This document shows, one piece after another, positions 8,415 to 16,720 of a stretch of 64,000 bases of DNA. A program made the translations under genes and the position numbers. Position 1 is the first letter of the stretch. The number at the start of each line of letters is the position of its first letter. The stretch is from contig JAQBGU010000115.1 of NCBI GenBank assembly GCA_032128375.1, positions 1 to 64,000 of the forward strand. The letters are read 5' to 3'. This DNA comes from Deltaproteobacteria bacterium (GTDB lineage: Bacteria > Myxococcota_A > UBA9160 > SMWR01). The notes beneath the pieces were generated by a model. The model had not been told where the DNA came from. It did no database searches and saw nothing but the letters and a program-made list of their open reading frames with translations.

Positions 8415-10463
8415 TCAGGGATCGCGATCGTCGAGATAGCCGAGAGCCTGCAGCCGGTTTCGTTCGTCACCGGTCAACTCGCGTGCCGGGACGCCCTCGG
8501 ATGAAGCGGCCATCTCTTCGAGCCATCGGTCGAGTGCCGTGCCGAGCACACCGAGCTTGTCGGGTCGTTCCCGCGCCAGGTCGCGGCGTTCTGCAGGGTC
8601 GGTGGACAGATCGTAGAGGCGGTCTTCCAGACGGTTGTGGTCGCGGATCAGTTTCCAATCGCCGGCGCGCGAGAACGCGCGGCGGATTCCGTTCTGCGAG
8701 TCCGGTCCATCCTCCAACCAGACCGAGCCGAATACGACCGGTGGTGCCGGTCGTGCCCCGCGCAGGATCGCGATCAGGCTCGTCGAATCGCGAGGCGCAC
8801 GGTCGACCTGCAGGTAATCGAGCAGCGTGTCGTGAACCGATCTCGATTCGACCGGGGCCGCAACGACCTGGCCCGGACGGGTCACTCCCGGTAGATCCAC
8901 GACGAGCGGGACGTGAACGATCTCCTCTTGCAGCGACATCATGTGACCGACCCGACCCCGCTCGAGAATCTCCTCGCCGTGATCGGCGACCAGTACGACC
9001 GCCGGTCGTCGCGACGCGGGAAGTGCGCTGATCCCCGCCAACAACCGACCCACGACCCGGTCGGTGTACGCGACTTCCTCGTCGTACAGTTGGCGGAGCA
9101 GCGCGATGTCCCATTCGCGCAGGTTCCCGATCTGCGCCCGGAGTTCGGCGATGCCGAGCCCGCGAAATCGCGCGTTCGCGTCCGGTTCGGCGAGATCCCA
9201 TTCCGGATGGTCGCGATATTCGTAGTGGGAATCGAAATAGTGGACGAACAAAAAATAGGGCGCGTCGTGTTCCGCTCGCTCGCCGATCCACGCCAGCGCA
9301 CGATTCGTGACATCGTCGCCGGTGATGTCGTTTTCGCGACCGGCGGCTTCGTCGTCGAAGCGATCGAACCCCTGCCGGAAGCCGTGGCGCGAATCGACGT
9401 AGACGCCGGAGACGACGGCGTCCGTCGCATAACCCGCTTCGCGCAGCACCTCGGCCAACGGGGTTTCCGAAGCGCGCAACCACCCCTGCCGCGACAACGC
9501 GCCGTGCTGGTGCGGATAGCGACCGGTCATCACCGACGCGAATGACGGAAGCGTCCATGGTGCGGAAGCGATCGCGGTCGAGAACGTCGCTGCACGGGCG
9601 GCCAACCGATCGAAGGCCGGCGTGAGCGCCGTAGCGGGGTGTGTCCCGACCAGACCGGTCCGGTCGACCCGCACGGTGTCGATGCCGATCAGCACGACAT
9701 CGACCGGATTTGCGGCCTTGACGCCGCGAGGGATCGCACCCGCCAGACTCATCGGCCACAGCACGAGCGGAACCGCCAATGCCGCGTGTCGCCACGCGCG
9801 GGCTTCGCCGCCGCGCAAGATCGCGAACACCGCCGCGGCGCTACCGGCGCCGCACACAAGCGCGGTGGCGTCGCTGCCGGGGCCGTGTGCGTTTTCCAAC
9901 CACTGCGTCCCCGCCAACGACCAACCGAAGGCGAGGGCGAGGGACGCAAGCGCCGCGACTCCTGAGGACTCGGAGCAACAGCGCCCCGTGATGGCCATCG
10001 CCGTCGCGACACCGAGCGCGATCGCGAAAGCGACACCCGCATCGTCAGGCGACGGACCGCTGGCCCGGGTCAGCGCGTAAACCAGCCCCGCGGCGACTGC
10101 GAGCGAAGCACAGAACCGAACGCGGCAGCACGCGCGGACCCAACCCGCGCCGCTCATCCGATCGGCCAGCGCCGGAACCGACGCGACCAGGTTGTCGCGA
10201 AGCGCCCAGATCCCGATTCCAACGACCGCGGCGATCGCGGCCCCGGTCGTCGCGGTGTCGCGCACGACGTCCGCCGCCGTGTGCCAGAAACCCAGCCCGA
10301 TGTAGCCGTGCATCCAGAGTTCTCGGCTCGCGAACATCAGGCCGACCCAGCACCCTGCGGTCGCGATGCGCAACCGCCGTTCCACCCAACGGCGCCCGCC
10401 CTCAGGACCGCTCTCGGAATCGATCGGGCGCGTGTCCGCGCGGGGGCTCGTATCCGGGGTCAT
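8415..10463 (-). CDS. Membrane-anchored sulfatase-fold (alkaline phosphatase superfamily) protein
   Basis: Several N-terminal TM segments, then LIGIDTVR, APWTLPSFASVMTG, FVHYFDSHYEY, ADHGEE and terminal LQALGY. Start uncertain (ATG 10463 chosen). Confidence 0.85.
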   Translation of the reverse strand: MTPDTSPRADTRPIDSESGPEGGRRWVERRLRIATAGCWVGLMFASRELWMHGYIGLGFWHTAADVVRDTATTGAAIAAVVGIGIWALRDNLVASVPALADRMSGAGWVRACCRVRFCASLAVAAGLVYALTRASGPSPDDAGVAFAIALGVATAMAITGRCCSESSGVAALASLALAFGWSLAGTQWLENAHGPGSDATALVCGAGSAAAVFAILRGGEARAWRHAALAVPLVLWPMSLAGAIPRGVKAANPVDVVLIGIDTVRVDRTGLVGTHPATALTPAFDRLAARAATFSTAIASAPWTLPSFASVMTGRYPHQHGALSRQGWLRASETPLAEVLREAGYATDAVVSGVYVDSRHGFRQGFDRFDDEAAGRENDITGDDVTNRALAWIGERAEHDAPYFLFVHYFDSHYEYRDHPEWDLAEPDANARFRGLGIAELRAQIGNLREWDIALLRQLYDEEVAYTDRVVGRLLAGISALPASRRPAVVLVADHGEEILERGRVGHMMSLQEEIVHVPLVVDLPGVTRPGQVVAAPVESRSVHDTLLDYLQVDRAPRDSTSLIAILRGARPAPPVVFGSVWLEDGPDSQNGIRRAFSRAGDWKLIRDHNRLEDRLYDLSTDPAERRDLARERPDKLGVLGTALDRWLEEMAASSEGVPARELTGDERNRLQALGYLDDRDP

Positions 10464-10645
10464 CGGGGCCCCATGATATGGTTTCGCGATCGGGCGGTCA
10501 TGAAGTCCGGGAGCTCCGTCTCGAATCCCACAACGAGCGCGAACGGTGGGAGCGCGCGCTCGAGCAATGCGCGGCTGGCCTCGAAGTTGCAGGCGAATCC
10601 GGCTAGAGGATGAATCATCTGCAGTGCGTACCGGCCACGCCAATA

Positions 10646-11377
10646 TTAGCCCGCGCGCTCCCACCCGGTCGGATCGTGGCTGAAGAACGCTCGTCGCGGT
10701 GACAACCGCCCGATCGCCGCGAGCGAACCGACATAACGCTCCGCGGACCAGACGGCATTGGACTGGAGATACTTCTGGGCGATCTCATAGTCCGGTGCGT
10801 CGGGGGTTTCGAAGTGGCCAGTCTGGAAGAGCTGGAATTCGGCGGCGGAATACGCGGCCTGGGCGACGATGATTTCGACTCCGCTCTCCGAATGAACCAG
10901 CAGGGACTGGTGGCCTGCGCTGTGACCGGGAGTCGGGATCAGTTCCAGATGATCAGAAATCGAACGTCTTCCTTGAATTGGCACGTAGCTAGCTCCCGGA
11001 AAGTCGACCCACTCTGACACCGTGTAGTGAGGTTCCCGGGAAGCCTCCAATTCATCTTGTTGAACGAAAATGGGAACGCCCGGGAAGAGCGAATTGTTCC
11101 CACAGTGATCGAAGTGAAGATGAGAGTTCACGACCGCGGTCACTTGATCGCGCGAAACATCGACGCCCGCGAGAGCTGCCAATAGATCAACACGATCAGG
11201 CTTGTAGAGGCGATCGATCAGCGGGCTGCCGGCTCCCACCCCGGTATCGACGAGGATGCAGTCCGCACCATCGCGCACCACGAACCCATAGATGGTGTCG
11301 GAACCAGGTGCTTCCGGATGGAATTGCGGTAACTCGAGCTGGGCAAGCCGCAGCGTTCGTACTTCGATCCTGGACAC
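10646..11377 (-). CDS. Metallo-beta-lactamase-fold hydrolase, N-acyl-homoserine lactonase family
   Basis: LVDTG, SHLHFDHCG (HxHxDH), TPGHSAGHQS and terminal SHD. GTG start with GAGGAG RBS. Confidence 0.85.
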   Translation of the reverse strand: MSRIEVRTLRLAQLELPQFHPEAPGSDTIYGFVVRDGADCILVDTGVGAGSPLIDRLYKPDRVDLLAALAGVDVSRDQVTAVVNSHLHFDHCGNNSLFPGVPIFVQQDELEASREPHYTVSEWVDFPGASYVPIQGRRSISDHLELIPTPGHSAGHQSLLVHSESGVEIIVAQAAYSAAEFQLFQTGHFETPDAPDYEIAQKYLQSNAVWSAERYVGSLAAIGRLSPRRAFFSHDPTGWERAG

Positions 11378-11577
11378 GGGCTCCTCACTGGACTCGGCGC
11401 GTCGATTGGTCGCTGCCCCGCGACCTACACGAAGCATCAGGACGTTCTCCGATCGAATGACCGCACTACGGGAAAAGCTTGCCAGACACAGAGCAGGCCC
11501 GACAGGTACAGCACGCAGAGCACACAGACGGAAATTCGCCATTGATGTCGCAGATCGCCAAACGCTAGTTTTTACCC

Positions 11578-12198
11578 GTGCCTCAACGGGGGACCCGTGA
11601 CTGGCGGGATTCAAATCCCGTCGATGCCAGCCGTTTGCTCGAGCGAGCCGGCGTACCGTGGTGGATCGCCGGCGGGTGGGCGCTCGACTTGCATTGCGGC
11701 CATTCGACGCGCGAGCACGCGGATCTCGACGTTGGCTGTTTCAGGACGGATCTACCGGGGCTCCGTGCTGAACTCGGAGGTTGGGTCTGCTACGCGGCGT
11801 ACCACGGGACTCTCACCAGGATCGAAGCCGGTGCGGCGCCACCCGGTGAAGTCAACTCGGTGTGGTGCAGACCCGAGACCTCCAAGCGATGGTGGCTGGA
11901 AGTCTTGCTCGATGAACGAGATGGGCAGGACTGGGTGTTTCGTCGCTCACCCAAAATACGGCGCCTCGCCAGCGATATCACACTCACTTCCGCGGACGGG
12001 ATCCCCTACCTGCGCCCGGAACTTCAGTTGCTCTACAAAGCCAAGGCGACGAGACCGCGCGACGAAGACGATTTTCGCCTCATCCTACCCATGCTCGACG
12101 AGGCCTCGCGCCACTGGCTCCATGAGTCACTTGGAAAGTGCGAGCCCGAACACGACTGGCTGAAGCGTCTCGAGCCCGACGCATCTGGGCCAAGGTAG
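11578..12198 (+). CDS. Nucleotidyltransferase-domain protein, aminoglycoside 2''-adenylyltransferase-like
   Basis: WWIAGGWALDL...REHADLD and GIPYLRPELQLLYKAK...RPRDEDDF. Start uncertain. Confidence 0.8.
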   Translation: MPQRGTRDWRDSNPVDASRLLERAGVPWWIAGGWALDLHCGHSTREHADLDVGCFRTDLPGLRAELGGWVCYAAYHGTLTRIEAGAAPPGEVNSVWCRPETSKRWWLEVLLDERDGQDWVFRRSPKIRRLASDITLTSADGIPYLRPELQLLYKAKATRPRDEDDFRLILPMLDEASRHWLHESLGKCEPEHDWLKRLEPDASGPR

Positions 12199-12283
12199 AA
12201 GCGTTGAGTGGGTCCGAATTCTCTCGCGATTCCATCCGCTTCGGGGGGCGGAAGATATCAACAATCACCCAGGGATCGAACCA

Positions 12284-12730
12284 TCAAGCCTCGATTGCAG
12301 ATCGGATTGCACGCAGCCCGTTCCCGATCTCGCGGAGCTTTGCGTTGCTTAAATCGATGCTCGCATCGACCCACAAGCGCCCCTCGTTGCGCCGCATGCC
12401 GTCGATCTTGCGCGTGCCGCTTGCGGTCAGCTCGATCAGCGAGGATCGCTTGTGTGCAGGATTCGAAATCGTTCGAACCAAGCCAAGCTCGAGCAGTTCG
12501 TTGATGAATCCTTGAATGTGCTGGCGGGTCACCCGACGGGCGCGAGCGATGTTCGGGACGGTCATCGCGCCGTTGTTCGCCAGAAACTCCAGCACGGCAC
12601 GCATTCCCATGGTGACCGGCTCGTCCACATGGAGCTCGTTCCCTCGCTGAACGAGGGCGTTCCAGAGCAGGCGGACTTCGTCGATCACCCCTTCAATCAC
12701 CTCTTCAATCTCGCGTGCGTCTTTGGGCAT
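12284..12730 (-). CDS. MarR-family transcriptional regulator
   Basis: Winged-helix pattern TVPNIARARRVTRQHIQGFINELLELGLV...NPAHKRSSLIELTASG. Confidence 0.9.
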   Translation of the reverse strand: MPKDAREIEEVIEGVIDEVRLLWNALVQRGNELHVDEPVTMGMRAVLEFLANNGAMTVPNIARARRVTRQHIQGFINELLELGLVRTISNPAHKRSSLIELTASGTRKIDGMRRNEGRLWVDASIDLSNAKLREIGNGLRAIRSAIEA

Positions 12731-12745
12731 GGCCGGATTGTATAG

Positions 12746-12802
12746 TGACAATATGACTTGTCAAATAGGAATCGCCGGGTAGTATGACAACTCCACTTGT
12801 CA
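12746..12802. promoter_or_regulatory. Twin operators TGACAA-N6-TTGTCA between divergent genes
   Basis: TGACAAtatgacTTGTCA at 12746-12763 and TGACAActccacTTGTCA at 12785-12802. Confidence 0.8.
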
Positions 12803-12819
12803 AAATTGGAGGCGTGATC

Positions 12820-13669
12820 ATGGAGCTTTCGGAATGGATTCTCGCGCGGAGCGAGATCCTCCAGTACTGCGTTTTCTTCGGTCTTCTCCCCATCCTCGCA
12901 GCGCTCGAAGCGTGTTTCCAAGGCGCCATCGCTCTGCTGACCATCGGTTCCGTCTACGGGCGAATTTCGGAATGACGGCGCTCAATGTGGTCGCGCTTGG
13001 CTTCGTTCCGGTATCGTTTGTCGCTGCGGCAATGGGGTCAGAGGTCAACGGTTACGGTTTGTTCCATCGGGTCGCGCTGCCGGCGTGGTTCGTGATGATC
13101 GGAACGTTGCTGGTTCGCGGTTTCATCTCCACCGCTACACATTTGTTGAATCACAAGATTCCGTGGCTTTGGCAGATCCACCGCGTACACCATCTGGACA
13201 CCGAACTCGATGTATCGTCGACCGTCCGATTTCATCCTCTCGAGATGATGATCGGACCCTTCATCGGCCTGCCGATCGTCGTCCTGTTTGGACTCTCGCC
13301 ATGGGTACTCGCGTTCTATGAACTGCTCGACATCGCGGTCACTCTGTTCTCGCATTCGAATCTCCGGGTGCCACCCCGGATCAATCGCTTGCTCCGGTAT
13401 CTGATCGTGACGCCCGATCTGCATCGCATCCATCATTCGACGTGGCAGCCCGAAACCGACAGCAACTACGGCGCGGTTTGCCGTTCTGGGATCTGGTTCT
13501 CGGGACGTTCCGTGCCGAACCTCGAATGCCACACGAACAGATGCCGCTCGGCCTCGATGACGTTCGCGATCGGCGGGCAAGCCAGCTCGGGTACCTGTTG
13601 ACGTCGCCGTTCAGGAAGGATCTGACACCACACGCTGTCCCAACCCAGCAGACAGCGAGTGCATCATGA
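12820..13669 (+). CDS. Sterol desaturase / fatty acid hydroxylase family protein (two apparent 1-nt frameshifts)
   Basis: His boxes HLLNH, HRVHH, RFHPLE, FSHSN and HRIHH, then SNYG. Frames switch near 12918 and 13478. GGAGG RBS precedes ATG 12820, and the stop overlaps the next ATG. Confidence 0.8.
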
Positions 13670-14364
13670 AGCGCAAGAGTCTGCGCGGCCAGCTGCGGGC
13701 TGAGTTGGTGTCACAGTTCCATCGGCCCCACGGAGTGCTCGGGCGACTGGCGGGCGGCATCCTGGCCAATCGTCCTTCGAACCGGAAGCGCAATCTCTGG
13801 ACAATCGAGCTTCTCGATATCCAACCGATGGATCGGGTGCTCGAACTCGGGTGTGGACCGGGCTTTGCGATCGAAGCGGCCAGTCGTTTCGCGAACGCTG
13901 GCCTGGTCGTTGGCATCGATCATTCGGAGTTGATGTGTCGTACCGCGCTGCGGCGAAATTCCGTAGGCGTGCGTGCAGGCCATGTCGATGTAGTGCGCGC
14001 ATCCTTTTCCGATCTGCCGGATTTCGACGAACCGTTCGACAAGGTCTTCGGTGTCAACGCGCTGCAGTTCTCGGAGAATCCAGAAGCGGTCATTGGCTCG
14101 ATCGCGAAGAGACTGCGAACCGGCGGACTATTCGCGACCACCCTCCAATCGAGAAAGCCAGCTGCCACGGATGACGACTCGCGTCGCGGCGGCGAGGCGC
14201 GGGCAGGGATACTCGAGCGCCTGGGCTTCCATGATGTCCGGATCGAAGTCCTGCCGCTCGAGCCGGTCTGTGTATGCGTTTTGGGTCGGGCTGGGGCCTG
14301 GTCGACTATTCTTCCTACTCCTGGGCGATATCGAGGGGGATGTGGGACCGGCGTGATTCGGTGA
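13666..14364 (+). CDS. Class I SAM-dependent methyltransferase
   Basis: VLELGCGPG motif I and VVGIDHS. ATGA-coupled to the desaturase gene. Confidence 0.85.
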   Translation: MKRKSLRGQLRAELVSQFHRPHGVLGRLAGGILANRPSNRKRNLWTIELLDIQPMDRVLELGCGPGFAIEAASRFANAGLVVGIDHSELMCRTALRRNSVGVRAGHVDVVRASFSDLPDFDEPFDKVFGVNALQFSENPEAVIGSIAKRLRTGGLFATTLQSRKPAATDDDSRRGGEARAGILERLGFHDVRIEVLPLEPVCVCVLGRAGAWSTILPTPGRYRGGCGTGVIR

Positions 14365-14374
14365 TCAACACGAC

Positions 14375-15703
14375 TCACGACAACCCGGGCGGAGGTTCGC
14401 CAGGCGGCCCGATCGAGGTTTCGGTCGAGCCGTCTTCGCACTTGGCAAGACAGTCGGCAAGGCGCGCCTCGAGGAAACGCTTCTCGGTGGCGTTTTGCGT
14501 GTGTGCAAGGGCGCGCCGGTATTCGGCCGCGGCCTCTTCGAGGCGACTGAGTCGCCTCAAAAAGTCCGCGCGGGTCGCTGCGACGAGCCGGTAGTCGTCC
14601 AGGCGACCGCCCTGCGAGAGCCGGTCGAGCTGATCGAGGGCGACTTCGAATCCTTCGGTCATGCCGACCGCGATGATCCGGTTGAGCTCGACGACGGGGG
14701 ATCCCGTCTGCTCCGATAGCTGCCCGTAAAGGCCGGCGATTCGGTTCCAATCGGTGTTCGCATAGCAGGCAGCCGTTGCGTGACACGCCGCGATCCCCGC
14801 CTGCAGCGCAAAGGGGCCCGTTCCGATCGAACGGTCGGCTTCATTTGCGCGGTCAAGCAGGCGGCGCGCGCGTTCGATTCGAACGCGATCCCAAAGTGAT
14901 CGGTCCTGATCTTCGAGCAGAACGAGAGATCCATCTTCGGCCACCCGCGCGTTCTGGCGGGACGATTGGATTTCCATGAGTGCGAGCAGGCCCAGCACTT
15001 CGCCGTCGTGCGGGAAGGCGAGCCCGAGGATCCGCCCCAGGCCGAGGGCATCCTCGCAGAGCGAGTGCCGAATGAGAACCTGGCCTTCGTGCGCGTCATA
15101 ACCTGCGTTGTAAATCAGGTAGACGACATCGAGGACTGCGGGCAGTCGCTCGGGCAGCTCTGCGGCGTCGGGAACCCGGTAGGGCAAGCGGCGATCCCGA
15201 ATGGCGCGCTTTGCCCGGACGATCCGCTGGGCCGCATTCGCCTCGCTGATCAGAAAGGCGGCCGCGATTTCCTGAGTCGTTAGGCCACCGAGTAATCGAA
15301 GTGTGAGGGCGATACGGGATTCGCGCGGAAGCGAGGGGTGGCAACAGGTGAACATCAGCTTCAGTTGGTCTGATTCGATGAGCGCTTCCTCAGGGGACTC
15401 GCTGACCTCGTCTTGGCGCATCGCTTCGTGGTAGGCGAGGCGATCCTCGCGCGCGCGCGCTCGCGAATCCGCACGCAATGCGTCGAGCGCGCGATTGCGT
15501 GCCGTCGTCATCAACCAGGCGCCGGGTTTCTCGGGGACGCCCGCAAGGGGCCAGCGTTCAAGCGCCTCGATCAACGCGGCCTGGGCACATTCTTCCGCTC
15601 GATCGAGATCGCCCAAGAGCCTCGCCAAGACCGCGACAACCCGTCCCCATTCTCGCCGAAAGATTTCTTCGAGCCGAAGCTCGGGCGGATTCGAATCACT
15701 CAA
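14375..15703 (-). CDS. ECF42-type RNA polymerase sigma factor with C-terminal TPR extension
   Basis: PGAWLMTTARNRALD, LMFTCCHPSL, ALTLRLLGGLTTQEIA, VYLIYNAGY, LLEDQDRSLWD and SPVVELNR. Lies downstream of DGPF genes. Confidence 0.9.
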   Translation of the reverse strand: MSDSNPPELRLEEIFRREWGRVVAVLARLLGDLDRAEECAQAALIEALERWPLAGVPEKPGAWLMTTARNRALDALRADSRARAREDRLAYHEAMRQDEVSESPEEALIESDQLKLMFTCCHPSLPRESRIALTLRLLGGLTTQEIAAAFLISEANAAQRIVRAKRAIRDRRLPYRVPDAAELPERLPAVLDVVYLIYNAGYDAHEGQVLIRHSLCEDALGLGRILGLAFPHDGEVLGLLALMEIQSSRQNARVAEDGSLVLLEDQDRSLWDRVRIERARRLLDRANEADRSIGTGPFALQAGIAACHATAACYANTDWNRIAGLYGQLSEQTGSPVVELNRIIAVGMTEGFEVALDQLDRLSQGGRLDDYRLVAATRADFLRRLSRLEEAAAEYRRALAHTQNATEKRFLEARLADCLAKCEDGSTETSIGPPGEPPPGLS

Positions 15704-16076
15704 GCTGAACTCTCCTGCCGATCGGCGGTGAAGCGTCGACCTGCGTCTCGAGATGGTAGACGTCGATCGTGCCCGGGAGCGCCGAAGGGCAGTCTTCGGC
15801 GATTTCGAGGGCGGCGCTCATATCGGCCGCCTCGATCAAGAAGAAAAGTCGAATCGCCGCGCCCCTCAGCTCGGGCAGCCCCGGGATGCGCCCCTTCAGG
15901 TCGAGGCTCAGGCGCTCTGGAGACGCGCCGAGAAGTGCGCCGCTCGAGAGCCTTCCCGCCTGGCGGAGGGTGTCGATCCAGGTCATGAAGTCCTGGGTAC
16001 GACGACCGAGCCCCGCCGGCGAGAAAGCTTCGCGCATGGGTTGCTCTGGCGACACGAGCATGAGAAAGAGCGGCAT
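15696..16076 (-). CDS. YciI-related protein (divergent)
   Basis: FFLIEAADMSAALEIAEDCP motif. Sits between the DGPF gene and the sigma factor. Confidence 0.7.
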   Translation of the reverse strand: MPLFLMLVSPEQPMREAFSPAGLGRRTQDFMTWIDTLRQAGRLSSGALLGASPERLSLDLKGRIPGLPELRGAAIRLFFLIEAADMSAALEIAEDCPSALPGTIDVYHLETQVDASPPIGRRVQLE

Positions 16077-16084
16077 CTTCGCGA

Positions 16085-16429
16085 CTACTGCGGCGGAGGC
16101 CCCATCGGGATGACCTGGCGAACCTCGGTCACGCCAATCTTGTTATGCGGACATCGCGCGGCGATCTCGAAGGCTTCCTGAGCACTCTCACAATCGATCA
16201 TGAAGAATCCGCCGATCACTTCCTTCGTTTCGGTAAAGGGGCCATCGGTCACGACGGCCGCGTCGCCGATTCCTCGAATTCGCTTGCCTTCGCTCTCGGG
16301 GTGAAGCGGGGAGCCCCCGCGGATCTTGCCGGCGGCGGCGAGTTCGCCGGCGAATTTGCCCATCTCGGGCATGAGGCTGGGGTCGATTTCGGTGTCACGG
16401 TCATTCAGCATGATCAACATGAATTCCAT
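16085..16429 (-). CDS. YciI / DGPF-family protein
   Basis: VTDGPFTETKEVIGGFFMID. AGGAG RBS upstream of ATG 16429. Confidence 0.9.
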   Translation of the reverse strand: MEFMLIMLNDRDTEIDPSLMPEMGKFAGELAAAGKIRGGSPLHPESEGKRIRGIGDAAVVTDGPFTETKEVIGGFFMIDCESAQEAFEIAARCPHNKIGVTEVRQVIPMGPPPQ

Positions 16430-16474
16430 GGATGGGTCTCCTGATGTGCGCCGAGAGGCGCGGTTCGACTCTAC

Positions 16475-16501
16475 GACGAACTCGCGGGCGGGGAATCGAC
16501 A
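16475..16501 (-). promoter_or_regulatory. Putative ECF42-dependent promoter
   Basis: Minus strand reads TGTCGA-N17-CGTC, matching the ECF42 promoter consensus as I recall it (-35 TGTCGA, -10 CG(A/T)C), about 45 nt upstream of the DGPF gene. Confidence 0.7.
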
Positions 16502-16720
16502 ATTAAGTCCCACTTGCAAAAAAAACGGTTGAATCACCTGCAATTTTGGCGAGTAGGGTGTACTTCCGCTTTGTGAGACAGAAGGACCGAAGCCTCAAGG
16601 CAAGACTGCTCCCGGAGGATCAACTTCAAACTCAGCCGTTGAGCGCCCGAACGCCAGCAACATCAGCGACTCGGGTCGCATTCAAGCTATCGATCGAAGC
16701 ATGTCCGGACCGGCTACAAC

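Noticed and set aside
11578..12198. Calling this gene aadB / ant(2'')-Ia
   Set aside because: Only family-level motifs are visible, with no basis for orthology or a resistance function.
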